A stretch of 63,292 nt of DNA, the filler included. It is 4 parts of 4 records of this genome, joined end to end, with 100 filler letters (N's around TTAATTAATTAA, not from the genome) between each part and the next. Parts side by side here need not be neighbours in the genome. Positions count along the whole stretch, not along the records: positions 1 to 31,656 come from DRR723986_8442; 3 more parts are not named here. One strand, 5' to 3'. Made by a program: the position numbers and the translations under genes. Positions 1 through 10,562 of the stretch are shown one piece after another; position 1 is the first letter of the stretch, and each line of letters starts with the position of its first letter. Below the pieces are notes generated by a model. The model searched no databases, was not told where the DNA came from, and was given only the letters and a program-made list of their open reading frames with translations.

Positions 1-243
1 AGGCAACTCAAGGTGAATAACTGAGTTGCCATGCGGAGGAGCTAATGGGGCTTCACGAAATGAGGAGGAACTGGTACCCTTTCGAGATTCTGTGGCGGAA
101 GATGCTGGAAGCGCGTTAAATCATGCGTTCGCTAGGTTTTCCGTTGCCAGGACGCCGCTTGCGGGCGGTTTGTCTGGCCAGTATACGCAGATGATGACGA
201 CACTAAGGGAACAAACTTCCACTTCAATAGTTGGGACTGAATC

Positions 244-348
244 ATGACAAAACCACGCCGCCGACTAAAGAAAGCAAATCACGGTGCCCGGCCTGCAAAC
301 TCGCGAGCCCGCAAAGCACGACGACGTAAGGTCAAGACTCGCATCTAG
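244..348 (+). CDS. Small basic protein, 50S ribosomal protein bL37-like (34 aa)
   Basis: Read directly from DNA (below the ORF-track size cut-off): MTKPRRRLKKANHGARPANSRARKARRRKVKTRI*. It is very K/R-rich and has the KANHGxRP motif of bL37. Confidence 0.8.
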   Translation: MTKPRRRLKKANHGARPANSRARKARRRKVKTRI

Positions 349-662
349 TTGTGACGATTTCGTTTCGTTTGCTATCCTTGCCCACTAGCGCACTCCGCGT
401 TGATTTGCAGGGCACGCGACGACGACAATCGAAATGACACTGTGCGTAAAAAATGCTGCATGTCGTCGATGCGCGACATTGCCCAGCCGGGCTGCTAGTC
501 TTCTCGCTGCGGGTCCTGCTATTTGGGCGGAACGACCTGATAGCCAGCGAAAGTTAGTTTCAGGGCAGAGTCTGTAGCGCATTCGGAATGCTGACACGGC
601 CCGCATCCGTTCGATCCTAGTGCATCGGCCTTGCCGTCTTCTCTTTTCGGAGTTCATTACTC

Positions 663-1217
663 TTGGCAGCACGAGAACTCATCCGCGATCCGGCGACTCT
701 AGATTTTTCAAAAGTAATCGCCGACGCTGAGGAAATTCGCAAATTCAACCCTCAACGGTTCGAGATGGAACAGTTGACGGCGATCATCTACGAGGACTTG
801 AAGAACCACGTTTGCGTGGGCTACAAGGATATCACTCGTGATGAATTTTGGGTGCGTGGGCACATGCCGAACATGCCGCTGATGCCCGGCGTTATGATGC
901 TAGAAGCGGCCGCTCAAATGTGCAGCTACTTCTCGCAGAAGTACGATCTGCTCGGTGCTGCGATGGTCGGATTCGGTGGTCTGCAGGACGTCCGTTTTCG
1001 CGATCCAGTCATTCCCGGCGACCGGCTTGTGCTCATGTGCCAGATGACCAAGCTGCGACGTGGGGCGATTGTGGTTACCAAGTTTCAGGGCTTCGTCGAG
1101 GAGTCGCTTGCGGTCGAGGGAATCTTGAAGGGCATCCCAATTCCAGTTGATGTCCTGAACAGCCAGTTGAAGCAAGCCAGCGAAAATGAAGCCAAGGCCG
1201 CGGAAGAACAAGGCTAG
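663..1217 (+). CDS. 3-hydroxyacyl-ACP dehydratase, FabA/FabZ hot-dog family
   Basis: Motifs NPQRFEM, GHMPNMPLMPGVMMLEAAAQ and VRFRDPVIPGD; TTG start. Confidence 0.88.
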   Translation: MAARELIRDPATLDFSKVIADAEEIRKFNPQRFEMEQLTAIIYEDLKNHVCVGYKDITRDEFWVRGHMPNMPLMPGVMMLEAAAQMCSYFSQKYDLLGAAMVGFGGLQDVRFRDPVIPGDRLVLMCQMTKLRRGAIVVTKFQGFVEESLAVEGILKGIPIPVDVLNSQLKQASENEAKAAEEQG

Positions 1218-1304
1218 CCTATTGCTGCTACAAACGCGGGCAGCTCCGAACTCGTTCACTTGCTCTGCTTAATCTCCACTGTAATTTCGAGAAAGTCGTC
1301 TACG

Positions 1305-1631
1305 ATGCGTGTTTTGTTCAGCAGTCCAGCGGCTCTCATTCGATCGGTAGCCGCACTCGGGCGCGTACTTGCTGCCTCAGTCGCGTTGCAGCTTATCGCT
1401 TCGACGGTGTCTGCCCACCCTGGGCATTCCATTGAAACTCTACCCGTGGATGGAGTAAACCACTTCTTGGTCTCTCCCAATCACTGGATCGCCATCGCTT
1501 TCGTCGGAATGATTGCCGTTGTTGCAACGATGCTGATCAAGCAAGTTTTGGGTATGCACTCAGAAGCTCCGGAGACGGCGAAAGCCTTTGCCAGTAGCGA
1601 GAGTCGCCCTGCAAAACAGCGTGGCGAATAG
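1305..1631 (+). CDS. Small exported/membrane hypothetical protein
   Basis: Signal-like region ending in VSA-HPGH, then one hydrophobic helix (WIAIAFVGMIAVVATMLI). ATG at 1305 preferred to TTG at 1260. Confidence 0.55.
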   Translation: MRVLFSSPAALIRSVAALGRVLAASVALQLIASTVSAHPGHSIETLPVDGVNHFLVSPNHWIAIAFVGMIAVVATMLIKQVLGMHSEAPETAKAFASSESRPAKQRGE

Positions 1632-1692
1632 TGGTTTCTTTATAGTCCTGGACGATCTGTGCTAAAGCAATCATTGTCTCAAAGGTCAGAGC

Positions 1693-2619
1693 ATGACGGT
1701 TGAGAAGCACGTACTGATCGCTTCCAACCCGAAATCAGGTTCGGCGTTACGTGCCAGCTTGGTCAATGAGTTGAATCAGGCGCTTGAGTCGGCGGGCTTC
1801 GTTTCTCGGATCGTTACCGATCTATCTGAGCTGAAGAAGCTAGCCACCGAGCTTCATCGCAGTGGCACATTGGAGTATGTAATATCGGCCGGTGGTGATG
1901 GAACGGTTGCCACGCTGGCAAATTTGCTCCCAGACGATATCGAAATACTGATTTTTCCGCTTGGCACTGAGAATCTGCTTGCCAAATACTACGGTCTGAA
2001 GGCGACGGTCCAGTCGGCCATAGAGACTATAGCAAACGGCCGCACCGAAACGATTGACGTCGGAGTGGCCAACGACCAAATCTTCTTGGTCATGTTGAGC
2101 ATTGGTTTCGATGCCGAAGTTGTCCGTGAAATGTCTGCTACTCGACGCGGCCATATCAACCGCTTTTCATACGCTCGGCCCATCTTGCGAGCGATGTGGC
2201 GTTATCGTTTTCCCAGGTTGCAGATACGCCTCCCGGGCAGCGGGCAAGGCGATACAGCCGATACGCTGCTTCAGCCTGCGTGGTCGTTCGCTTTCAACGT
2301 TCCGCGTTACGCCGCTGGGCTTGATTTCTGCCCGCAGGCCGACCCGCTTGATGCCAAACTCGACTTATGCACCTTCAAAGCACCGGGGCTAATGTATGGG
2401 ATGGGATACCTGAGCCGCTTGGCGTTGGGATCCCACCAACGCATGCGAGGCTTCTCGCATCGACTGTGTGATCGCTTTGAAGTTGAATGTGCGATTGACC
2501 GCCAGGGTAACCGAGTCAGCGATATCCCCTACCAGATCGATGGTGATTTTGGCGGTACACTACCATTGAAGGTCAGCGTTGGGGCGGGGCGGCTGAAGCT
2601 GCGAGTTCCTCAGGCGTAG
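1693..2619 (+). CDS. Diacylglycerol/lipid kinase family protein
   Basis: NPKSG, GGDGTV, PLGTENLLA, GFDAEV and QIDGD motifs. Confidence 0.92.
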   Translation: MTVEKHVLIASNPKSGSALRASLVNELNQALESAGFVSRIVTDLSELKKLATELHRSGTLEYVISAGGDGTVATLANLLPDDIEILIFPLGTENLLAKYYGLKATVQSAIETIANGRTETIDVGVANDQIFLVMLSIGFDAEVVREMSATRRGHINRFSYARPILRAMWRYRFPRLQIRLPGSGQGDTADTLLQPAWSFAFNVPRYAAGLDFCPQADPLDAKLDLCTFKAPGLMYGMGYLSRLALGSHQRMRGFSHRLCDRFEVECAIDRQGNRVSDIPYQIDGDFGGTLPLKVSVGAGRLKLRVPQA

Positions 2620-2652
2620 CGGCGTGTGTAATTTTGTCATGGATGCGAAACG

Positions 2653-3480
2653 ATGAATGATAGTGAAATTGCCTCGATCAAGATTGCCGACTTTTCTGTA
2701 GGTCCCGGGCATCCGCTGGCCATCTTGGCCGGGCCCTGCGTTATCGAGTCACGAGAGTTGACGCTCCAGATCGCAGAGCAACTGAAGGGCATTTGCCAAC
2801 GCGTCGGGCTGCCGCTGGTTTTCAAAGCCTCGTTCGACAAGGCGAACCGGACGAGCAAGTCGGGCTTTCGAGGTGCCGGAATGACCGAGGGCCTCAAGGT
2901 GCTTGCCGCTGTGAAGGAGCAGTTCGGGCTGCCGGTCGTCACTGACATTCACCTGCCTGAACAAGCGTCGCCGGTTGCTGAGGTGTGCGATTTGTTGCAG
3001 ATCCCAGCCTTTTTGGCTCGTCAAACGGATCTGTTGGTCGCCGCTGCTGCTACGGGACGACCGATCAACGTCAAGAAGGGGCAATTCATGTCGCCGGAGG
3101 ACATGAAATATGTCCTCGGAAAACTGGACGGTTGTGGAGGTGCCATGCTGTGCGAGCGAGGGACCTTCTTCGGGTACGGACGCCTGGTGAATGACTTTCA
3201 AAGTTTACCGATCATGCGATCCTTGGGGGCGCCAGTCGTATTTGATGCAACGCATTCCGTTCAGCAGCCCGGTGGATTGGGTGGCGCGACGGGTGGGAAC
3301 CGTAAAATGGTCCCGGGCCTCGCGAGGGCGGCTGTTGCCATGGGAGTCGATGCTGTATTTCTGGAAACGCATCCGGTTCCAGACGATAGCCCAAGCGACG
3401 GTGCGAACATGGTGCCACTGGCGGACGTAGAAGCTTTGTTGGGCAAGTTGAAGGCCATCGACGAACTCTGCCACAGTTAG
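2653..3480 (+). CDS. kdsA: 3-deoxy-8-phosphooctulonate (KDO8P) synthase
   Basis: [49 protein letters not shown] and SDG motifs. Confidence 0.97.
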   Translation: MNDSEIASIKIADFSVGPGHPLAILAGPCVIESRELTLQIAEQLKGICQRVGLPLVFKASFDKANRTSKSGFRGAGMTEGLKVLAAVKEQFGLPVVTDIHLPEQASPVAEVCDLLQIPAFLARQTDLLVAAAATGRPINVKKGQFMSPEDMKYVLGKLDGCGGAMLCERGTFFGYGRLVNDFQSLPIMRSLGAPVVFDATHSVQQPGGLGGATGGNRKMVPGLARAAVAMGVDAVFLETHPVPDDSPSDGANMVPLADVEALLGKLKAIDELCHS

Positions 3481-3658
3481 TCTGCGTGTTTGCGGCGATA
3501 CTGAGCAAGCTCGTTTCGTGTATGCACCAGAATCGATTCGGGCCCAGCCGAGCTGTCATGCCCGCTAATCGTCAATGCTGAGAAACGCATGATTGGCAAT
3601 GCTGCGATGTCGACAACGGCAATGGCTTTGCTACCCGGAATAAACTGAGAACGAAAAA

Positions 3659-5563
3659 ATGACCCGAAAAAGCCCTGTGACAATGACTGCGTCCCGATCG
3701 ATCGTGTTTGCTCACCCGGCGGGCCCGCTTGCTGTTGCGATGCTTCTTGTTGTTGCGGTCGTCGCTGGCGTTACCAGTTGTCGGAAAACTTCACAGGGCA
3801 GTGCCAGCAGAATCGCCGCAGAACTTGAACGCGAAGAAACGAAGACGGACAGTCTGAGGAGTGCGATGCGGTTCCTTGCGCAAATGGAGCCCTTTTCACG
3901 CGACAATTATATCTCCGAAATCCGCAAGCAGTTAAACACTTGGTTGCAGTCGGCCGATCGCTCCCAAGTAGCCTTTTCAACTCCAGCGGCATTGCGAGCT
4001 GTTTCATCGGAAGCACTTGAAATGGTTGGGGCAGAGAATCCTGTCGCGTTACAGTTTTCGTACATGGACGTTGATTATCTTTTCGGATGCCGCATTGCCA
4101 ACAAGCTATCCGACTGGATCGTTGAGTTCCCGCTTCGCGATAATCTGATCGATGAGTACCTCAAGTTTCACAAAGATGAGTTGTCGGACGTTGAGTATTT
4201 GAAGCTGCAGCAAGCATGCAAGCTTTTCGACTGGACGGCTCGCAACATTACGCTCGACGGTGCAGGTGCATCGGTTGAGTTGACAACGGATAACCCTATC
4301 ACACTTCCACCCGGAGATTTGATCGGGGCGGGATATCTTCCGTGGGAAACGCTGCTGTTTTCCAACGGCGATTTTGTCGAGCGTGGTCGAGTGTTCACTG
4401 CCTTGGCGGCCCAACGCGGCATTCAGACATTCTGGGTTTGTGCTGACGCCGACATTGGCAACGGAAAACTGTGGGCAGTTGGTGCCGCCATCGGTGGCAA
4501 GGTCTTTTTGTTCGAGCCCAAGCTGGGACTGCCTATCGTACACCCCGACGAAAAGCGCCTTGCAACCCTCTCCGAAGCTCGCAAGAACACTCGCGTGCTC
4601 CGGCGGCTGGATTTGCCTGGGCAATTCGATTACGCGTTCGTGTCGGCGGACCTTGCAAAAGCGAAACTGCTGCTGGACATTACACCGTGTGCCGATAGCG
4701 CCCGGATGAAGATGCTCGAAGCAAACCTGCTGCAAGGCGAACGAATGGTTGTCTATCAGAGCATTGCCGACCAAATGCAAGCAGTTCAGAAGCTGGTCCC
4801 CGATGCGTCGGTCGAATTGTGGAGCATGCCTGTTTTCGCGCAGATTCGAGCTTTGGAAACTCGCGAAATGGCGAAGACGGTTACCGACGAAGCGATGCGT
4901 TATATGGCTCGGCACGGCGTTTGGCTGATGGCAAACCCAGCCTCGGAAGCTCGCGTGAAGCACCTTTTGGGGCAGTTCGAGAATAATAGCGATGGGAAGA
5001 AGGGGGCTTTCGATCTGTACATGAAAAGCCGCGTGGATGATCAAAGCATCGAAAAGCTCTCCTATGATCCAGAGATTCAGAAGGAATTTGGCATCGAGCG
5101 CGTCGCGGGCGAGAAGACCGAACGATTCGAACAGAAAGTTCGCCAAGCTCAAGCGGTTTACACTCGAGCAAAGGTCGACGCAGCGTTCTTGCTAGCACAG
5201 TTGCATTACGATCGCGGAAATTTCAGTCAATCGGCAAGCTTCATGGATCGAGTGTTGCGGGATGAGCGGGCTTTAATGTGGCATCCGGCTGCGCGATACT
5301 GCAAAGCCCGGATTCACCAGGAGTTGCTGGAGACGGAATCGGCCGCTGAGCTGTTTACTTCGCAGCCAAATCCTCAAGAGGCTGGCAATCGGATTCGCCT
5401 ACGCTACTTCAGACGCCTACATCCGGAAGACGATAGCAAGGACGAAGACAAGAAAGGCGAAGGCAAAGAGACTGCTTCTCCTGCAGCAAGCGGGGACTCC
5501 GGTAAAAAGGACTCCGCCGAAAAGGACGCGTCTTCTTCTGACGAGGCCGCAGGTGCCAAGTGA
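3659..5563 (+). CDS. Putative lipoprotein with an apparently inactive transglutaminase-like segment and C-terminal TPR-like helices
   Basis: Hydrophobic N-terminus ending in VTSC (lipobox-like); GDFVERGRVFTALAAQRGI..W..FEP segment; helical C-terminus; overlaps the recO start. Confidence 0.7.
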   Translation: MTRKSPVTMTASRSIVFAHPAGPLAVAMLLVVAVVAGVTSCRKTSQGSASRIAAELEREETKTDSLRSAMRFLAQMEPFSRDNYISEIRKQLNTWLQSADRSQVAFSTPAALRAVSSEALEMVGAENPVALQFSYMDVDYLFGCRIANKLSDWIVEFPLRDNLIDEYLKFHKDELSDVEYLKLQQACKLFDWTARNITLDGAGASVELTTDNPITLPPGDLIGAGYLPWETLLFSNGDFVERGRVFTALAAQRGIQTFWVCADADIGNGKLWAVGAAIGGKVFLFEPKLGLPIVHPDEKRLATLSEARKNTRVLRRLDLPGQFDYAFVSADLAKAKLLLDITPCADSARMKMLEANLLQGERMVVYQSIADQMQAVQKLVPDASVELWSMPVFAQIRALETREMAKTVTDEAMRYMARHGVWLMANPASEARVKHLLGQFENNSDGKKGAFDLYMKSRVDDQSIEKLSYDPEIQKEFGIERVAGEKTERFEQKVRQAQAVYTRAKVDAAFLLAQLHYDRGNFSQSASFMDRVLRDERALMWHPAARYCKARIHQELLETESAAELFTSQPNPQEAGNRIRLRYFRRLHPEDDSKDEDKKGEGKETASPAASGDSGKKDSAEKDASSSDEAAGAK

Positions 5564-6311
5564 ACAAACCGAGGCGATCGTTCTACGTATCTATCCGTGG
5601 AGCGAAACGAGCCTCATCGCGCATCTCTACACACGCGAATTTGGCAAAGTCTCCGTGCTAGCAAAGGGGGCAAGGCGTCCAAAGAGTCCGTTTGAAGCTG
5701 CCCTTGACCTGCTTTCGCTCTGTCGCATAGTGTTCATTCCCAAGGCTTCCGATGCGCTCAGCATTTTGACCGAGGCCAAGCTGTCGCGACGTTTGCGTGC
5801 AGGGACGAACGATTTGTTGCGTCTGTATGCCGCTTATTACTTCGCCGAATTGCTTGACCAAGGGCTAGATGAGGGGACGCGTCAGCCAGAGTTGTTTGAA
5901 TTCGTCGACCAGTCGCTCAAGGATTTGGAAGATGATTCGAGCCACTTGAAGAGTGTTGTGCTTCGTTTCGAACTGCAGCTCTTGCGAATGACAGGCCACC
6001 TACCAACATTGCGGCAATGTGCTGTGTGTGGTGAGGAGACAATGGATCAGGATTGGGTTCTGTTCGCCGCCGTTGCGGGGGGCATTACCTGTTCGGACTG
6101 TCGTCGCGGGATGACCAACCTACTACGCATACCTCGGAGTGTAGTGGAAACGGCCACTCGATTTGCTGTGGATGATTGGCGGCAAATTGATGTCAAAACG
6201 GAACTGAAGCAAAACAACGCGGCGCTTCGAAAAATGATCGAGCGTTTCATCGTCGTTCAGTACGACAGAACGTTGCGACTACATCGCTACTTAGAGGAGC
6301 TTGGGCGTTGA
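5553..6311 (+). CDS. recO: DNA repair protein RecO
   Basis: N-terminal EAIVLR..SETSLI..YTREFGKVSVLAKGARRPKS; zinc-finger CAVCG...CSDC. Confidence 0.95.
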   Translation: MPSEQTEAIVLRIYPWSETSLIAHLYTREFGKVSVLAKGARRPKSPFEAALDLLSLCRIVFIPKASDALSILTEAKLSRRLRAGTNDLLRLYAAYYFAELLDQGLDEGTRQPELFEFVDQSLKDLEDDSSHLKSVVLRFELQLLRMTGHLPTLRQCAVCGEETMDQDWVLFAAVAGGITCSDCRRGMTNLLRIPRSVVETATRFAVDDWRQIDVKTELKQNNAALRKMIERFIVVQYDRTLRLHRYLEELGR

Positions 6312-7612
6312 CAAGGATGTCCCCGCACCAAAGAAATTCAACGACTTCCACATCAAGCACGCAAGCATGCGGCACGAATTTAGATTCGGCTGCGCGGCGC
6401 CAGCCGACCGGTCGGCGCATTGCGGATGTGACGCGTCAAATAAGTCGCCACGGAAGTTACGTATGCGCTTGCGCGCTGCTCGCTTTGACGGGCTGTAACG
6501 TTTTTGACCGAGACGATCCGCTCGACGATCCTTACGCCAGCGGAGTCTTCCGACCAGAGGGTGTTTCGGCAGAGCGGACTCATGGCAAGACAAATGTCAT
6601 GCGGCAACTTGGTTTGCACCGAGCGCGGCGGAAGAACAAGAAGTTGGCAGAAAGCCAGTTTGCGGATGCGGAAAGTCGGCTAGAGGCTGCAAAGAGCCTG
6701 CCCGTTGAACAACAGCCTGATGCATTCCGCGACGCAGCAGTTCTCTATGAGAAGGCGGCCGAAAACTGGAAGAGTTCAGCGCTGGAACAAGACGCCCTGT
6801 TCGGTGCAGGAGAGTGCTACTTCTTTGCCGAAGAGTACTACAAGGCTGAGCAAGTTTACGGGCAACTGACCAAGGAGTATCCCAAGAACCGCTACTCGCA
6901 ACGAACGCGAGCTCGCATGTTCGAAATCGCCGACTATTGGCTCAAACTGGACGCCAAAGAACAACGGTCGATCATGACGGTCAATTTCACCGACAAACGT
7001 CAGCCTTTGAACGATACTGGCGGACACGGACGACGGGTGCTTGAGAATCTCCGGATGAACGACCCGACAGGCGAAATCAGTGACGACGCGACCATGCGAT
7101 TGGCCATGGAACGCTTCGAAGAAGGCGACTTTGAAGCGGCGGCTCATACGTTCTCAGAATTGCGAACGATCTATCCGGACAGCGAGCACCAATTCAACGC
7201 TCAGTTCCTGGAGCTTCAGTCGCATCTGGCCTCCTACCAGGGACCCGCTTATTCGAGTGTTCCGCTGCAGGAAGCTGAAAAGAGAGTCCGTCAAATTTGG
7301 AGCATCTTTGCTGACAAGGCCGCGGAGAAGAAGCAGGAACTGAACGAAGCGGCTAGTCGAATTCGGTATTTGAAAGCTGAGCGGATTTGGAAGAACGCAG
7401 AGTATTACATGGACCGCGGCGAGAATGGCTCAGCGAAGTTCCACCTGCGACGAATACTCGCAGACTACGCCGACACGCCATTTGGCGAACAAGCCAGTGA
7501 ACGCATGGCGAAGCTTGACGGCAAACCGGACATTCCTCCGGTCAGGCTTGAGTTTCTCGCCAACATGTTCGGCGAGACAACGGATACTCGCCCTTGGCTA
7601 AAGAAAAAGTAG
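6308..7612 (+). CDS. Outer membrane assembly factor BamD-like TPR lipoprotein
   Basis: Lipobox LTGC; TPR repeats with YPxS/N motifs (EYPKN, IYPDS, DYADT); lies next to lptE. Exact start uncertain. Confidence 0.75.
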   Translation: MTRMSPHQRNSTTSTSSTQACGTNLDSAARRQPTGRRIADVTRQISRHGSYVCACALLALTGCNVFDRDDPLDDPYASGVFRPEGVSAERTHGKTNVMRQLGLHRARRKNKKLAESQFADAESRLEAAKSLPVEQQPDAFRDAAVLYEKAAENWKSSALEQDALFGAGECYFFAEEYYKAEQVYGQLTKEYPKNRYSQRTRARMFEIADYWLKLDAKEQRSIMTVNFTDKRQPLNDTGGHGRRVLENLRMNDPTGEISDDATMRLAMERFEEGDFEAAAHTFSELRTIYPDSEHQFNAQFLELQSHLASYQGPAYSSVPLQEAEKRVRQIWSIFADKAAEKKQELNEAASRIRYLKAERIWKNAEYYMDRGENGSAKFHLRRILADYADTPFGEQASERMAKLDGKPDIPPVRLEFLANMFGETTDTRPWLKKK

Positions 7613-7693
7613 GCAACTGCGGTCGACGACTGCGGTGCAGTCGCGTGCTTTGTTGCGCAAGTACAATCACTTCTTACCCTGTGTAATACTCGT

Positions 7694-8257
7694 ATGAGTC
7701 GCTTAGTCTTGCCTGCATTGCCACTCAGTTCGCGTCCTCGGACGTGCATCTGCATGTTTATTGCATGCTTGACCGCGTTGGGCGGCTGTGCAGGTTATCG
7801 TTTCGGAACTCGCTCACTCTACAATCCGAACATTCGAACTATCTACGTTCCCATCGCCATAAATGAAGCATGGCGGCACAATCTGGGTGTGCAATTAACT
7901 GAGGCTGTACAGAAGGCAATCGAACTTAAGACGCCTTACACAGTTGTAGCAACGCCCGGAGCTGACAGCACGTTGACGTGCAAGGTTACCACTGAGGCGA
8001 AACGGACAGTCACGGAGGCGATCACTGACGAGCCTCGTGCGATCGAAGAGTTGGTGACCGTCGAGCTAACTTGGCTGGATCGTCGCGGGAATATTCTGAT
8101 GGAAAACCGATTCATCCCCGACGGCGAGCTTGCGTACTACTTCATGCAAAGCGTCGACTTTGTCCCCGAAGGTGGTCAGAGTATGGCGGTTGCCCAACAG
8201 CGACTTATCGAGCGGCTGGCCGAGCAAATCGTGCAGCAGATGGAAACCCGCTGGTAG
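7694..8257 (+). CDS. lptE: LPS assembly lipoprotein LptE family
   Basis: Lipobox GGC followed by AGYRFG..IRTIYVPI..LTEAV; C-terminal LAEQIV helix. Confidence 0.8.
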   Translation: MSRLVLPALPLSSRPRTCICMFIACLTALGGCAGYRFGTRSLYNPNIRTIYVPIAINEAWRHNLGVQLTEAVQKAIELKTPYTVVATPGADSTLTCKVTTEAKRTVTEAITDEPRAIEELVTVELTWLDRRGNILMENRFIPDGELAYYFMQSVDFVPEGGQSMAVAQQRLIERLAEQIVQQMETRW

Positions 8258-8378
8258 GAACCTCTGGCGAAAATCGGGTTGCGTTAGAGTGCCGTTTCAA
8301 GCCGCATCCGTTGGGTTTAGTAGTACAATAGCTGGATTGCTTCTTTTGAGCCCAAGCTTGTTTCTGCTGTAGCCGATC

Positions 8379-10562
8379 GTGACATTTCTCAATCCATGGT
8401 GCTTGTTCGGCACAGTAGCCGTGCTCGTGCCGCTTGCCATCCATTTGATGCAGCGACGGCGCGTCCGAGCTATTCCGTGGGCAGCCAATCATCTGCTTCA
8501 GTCGGCGAGCGTTCGGCGACGGACTCGCCCAAGATGGGAGGAGTTCCTGCTCCTGGTGCTCAGGCTAATGTTGCCAGTGTTGTTGGCTCTCGCCCTAGCT
8601 GGTCCACTCTTGGATCGCTTCTCCGGTGCAAAAGACGTTAGAGAAGTAGTCGTCGTCGTGGACAACAGTTTGTCGATGCAGGCAAATCGAGGGAGAGGTT
8701 GGAAACAGGTCCAGCAAGAAGCAAAGCGACTTGCGGCCGAATTCCCCGAAGCTGAGTTTCACCTGTCAACTACCACCACCGGAGTTGTCGCCGACGGTCT
8801 CACTGCGGATGCTTTCCAGGCTCTCCTGGAGTCGACGCGAACAAATGATTTGCTCGCCCGTCCACGCGCTACGATTTTCGCTGCGGCTGCCTCTGCTTCA
8901 TCCGGGCGGAAGTGCGTCGTTGCAGTGATCAGTGCTTTCCGAGGGGCGGTGTGGGACGAGTTTGCTGAGTCGTCGACTGGAAACGCCGCAAACCAGCTAG
9001 GGTTGCACGCGGATCAGACGCTGGCACTTCTGCGAGTCCCCTCGCAGGCAAGCCCGACAGAGGAAGCATCTCGCGGTGGGAACGTGCAGGTGCGATTTTC
9101 TGACAGCACACCAACATCGATTCGACCAGGGCAGCCGCACATCCTATCGGCAACAGTCCAGAATTACTCTGACCGCCAGTTTGATGCTCAGGTGGAACTG
9201 CGTCTTGATTCAAAAACGAACCAAAGGAAATCCGTCCGCGTCCCACCTGGCGGAGTTTCCGACGTAACGTTTGGCCTTGAGGTCGGCCCAACCAATGCGG
9301 GAAAACAAACGGTCGCGGCGGTGCATCTGGCGACTCAGGCAGGCGAGCCTTGGGGAGATGCCCTTCCGAAGGACGATCAGGACCAATTGGTTCTCCGAGT
9401 CGATCCGCCCGGAGATGTCGTTGTCGTCGCGGACGAGTTGGCGATCGAGACGAATAGCGGTATGTCAAGACGCAGCCCTTTCGCCGCTGGCACCGAGGCT
9501 CATTACTTTGCGGCGGCTTTCGATCCCTATCACGGTTTGAGTGACTCGCGCAGTAAGTACCGCGTGACCGCCGCGGCAAGCAACACTGAAGCCTTGGCGA
9601 TTGCCCCAGGACTTGGCAACTCGACATCACGTCACCTGTTGGTTTTCTACGACGCCAATGCAATTCCTCAGGAGACAGGGCTTCGGAAGTTTGTCGAAGA
9701 CGGTGGCGTCCTGTGGGCTATTCCGAAATCCAATGAAGGCTCCGCGGTCACCAGTGATTCGTCCGAGGCTGCTTCATTGCTGCCGCTCCATCACCGTGGC
9801 GTTCAGGACGCGGCAAATCAAGTGCGATTAGAAACTGCTGGTTGGCTGTCCGAAGATTCTCGCCTTGGGCAGTCGATTCAGGGTGGTTTGCGCCAAGTCG
9901 AAGTGAAGCAGTATGTGCGAATGCAGGAGCCTGTCGATGGCCTGCGCGATGTCGTCGACTTAGTCACCGCGAGTGACGGAAATCTTATTGTGGTTGCCAA
10001 GCGAATTGGGAATGGCTTCGTGCTTCAATTCGCAATTGGACTTTCTCCAGAGTGGTCCAACTTGGGCGTGCAACCTATCGCTTTGCCCCTGGTGCAGCAC
10101 CTAGCGCATACAGTGCAAGAACGAACGGTGCCCAGGTCCAATGTAGTGCTCGGGACTGTCGCTTCTGAATTGGCGGATTCGCTTGAGCCAGTTGGAAATG
10201 GGGATCATGATGCTTCGCAGCATGTCGGGCTGTACCAGCGGTTCAGTCTGTCCGATGGCAAGGAGACTGCTGAAGGTGAGCTGCCAGCAGTTCGGTTGAC
10301 TGCAGTTCGGTTGGCCGAGGGGACTGGCGATCTAGTCGGATTGGATGACGAGCGGATTACAAGTCTAGCGTCGAGCCTCACAGGCGAAGGGACTTCTTCA
10401 GTTGTTGGATCCGGAACAAGCGGATTGTTTGGGCTGCCGGTTTGGACGCCGATCATGCTTGCCGTTGCGGCGATTCTGTTGCTGGAGGGCTTTCTTGCAA
10501 ACCGCCGAAGCGCAGGTGAAGCGACTGCCAACAGCGTTTCGCGGGTTGGGGGAGTCAGCTAG
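8379..10562 (+). CDS. BatA-domain / vWA membrane protein
   Basis: BatA-type N-terminus (MTFLNPW..PLAIHL..LLLVLR..ALAGP); MIDAS VVDNSLSM; CARDB/Ig-like middle region; C-terminal TM ending in LLLEGFL. Confidence 0.85.
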   Translation: MTFLNPWCLFGTVAVLVPLAIHLMQRRRVRAIPWAANHLLQSASVRRRTRPRWEEFLLLVLRLMLPVLLALALAGPLLDRFSGAKDVREVVVVVDNSLSMQANRGRGWKQVQQEAKRLAAEFPEAEFHLSTTTTGVVADGLTADAFQALLESTRTNDLLARPRATIFAAAASASSGRKCVVAVISAFRGAVWDEFAESSTGNAANQLGLHADQTLALLRVPSQASPTEEASRGGNVQVRFSDSTPTSIRPGQPHILSATVQNYSDRQFDAQVELRLDSKTNQRKSVRVPPGGVSDVTFGLEVGPTNAGKQTVAAVHLATQAGEPWGDALPKDDQDQLVLRVDPPGDVVVVADELAIETNSGMSRRSPFAAGTEAHYFAAAFDPYHGLSDSRSKYRVTAAASNTEALAIAPGLGNSTSRHLLVFYDANAIPQETGLRKFVEDGGVLWAIPKSNEGSAVTSDSSEAASLLPLHHRGVQDAANQVRLETAGWLSEDSRLGQSIQGGLRQVEVKQYVRMQEPVDGLRDVVDLVTASDGNLIVVAKRIGNGFVLQFAIGLSPEWSNLGVQPIALPLVQHLAHTVQERTVPRSNVVLGTVASELADSLEPVGNGDHDASQHVGLYQRFSLSDGKETAEGELPAVRLTAVRLAEGTGDLVGLDDERITSLASSLTGEGTSSVVGSGTSGLFGLPVWTPIMLAVAAILLLEGFLANRRSAGEATANSVSRVGGVS

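Noticed and set aside
2-32. 9-bp inverted repeat GGCAACTCA/TGAGTTGCC and a possible minus-strand start MATQLFTLSC
   Set aside because: Cut by the window edge; too little sequence to call.
26-247. 73-aa ORF upstream of the bL37-like gene
   Set aside because: TTG start, no motif; more likely promoter DNA.
4106-5152. 348-aa antisense ORF (and similar long shadow ORFs such as 8929-9663, 28741-29409 and 61421-62176)
   Set aside because: Fully antisense to well-supported genes in GC-rich DNA, with no motifs.
10287-10313. 12-bp direct repeat GCAGTTCGGTTG inside the BatA gene
   Set aside because: Two copies only, in frame (AVRLTAVRL); a trivial micro-duplication.
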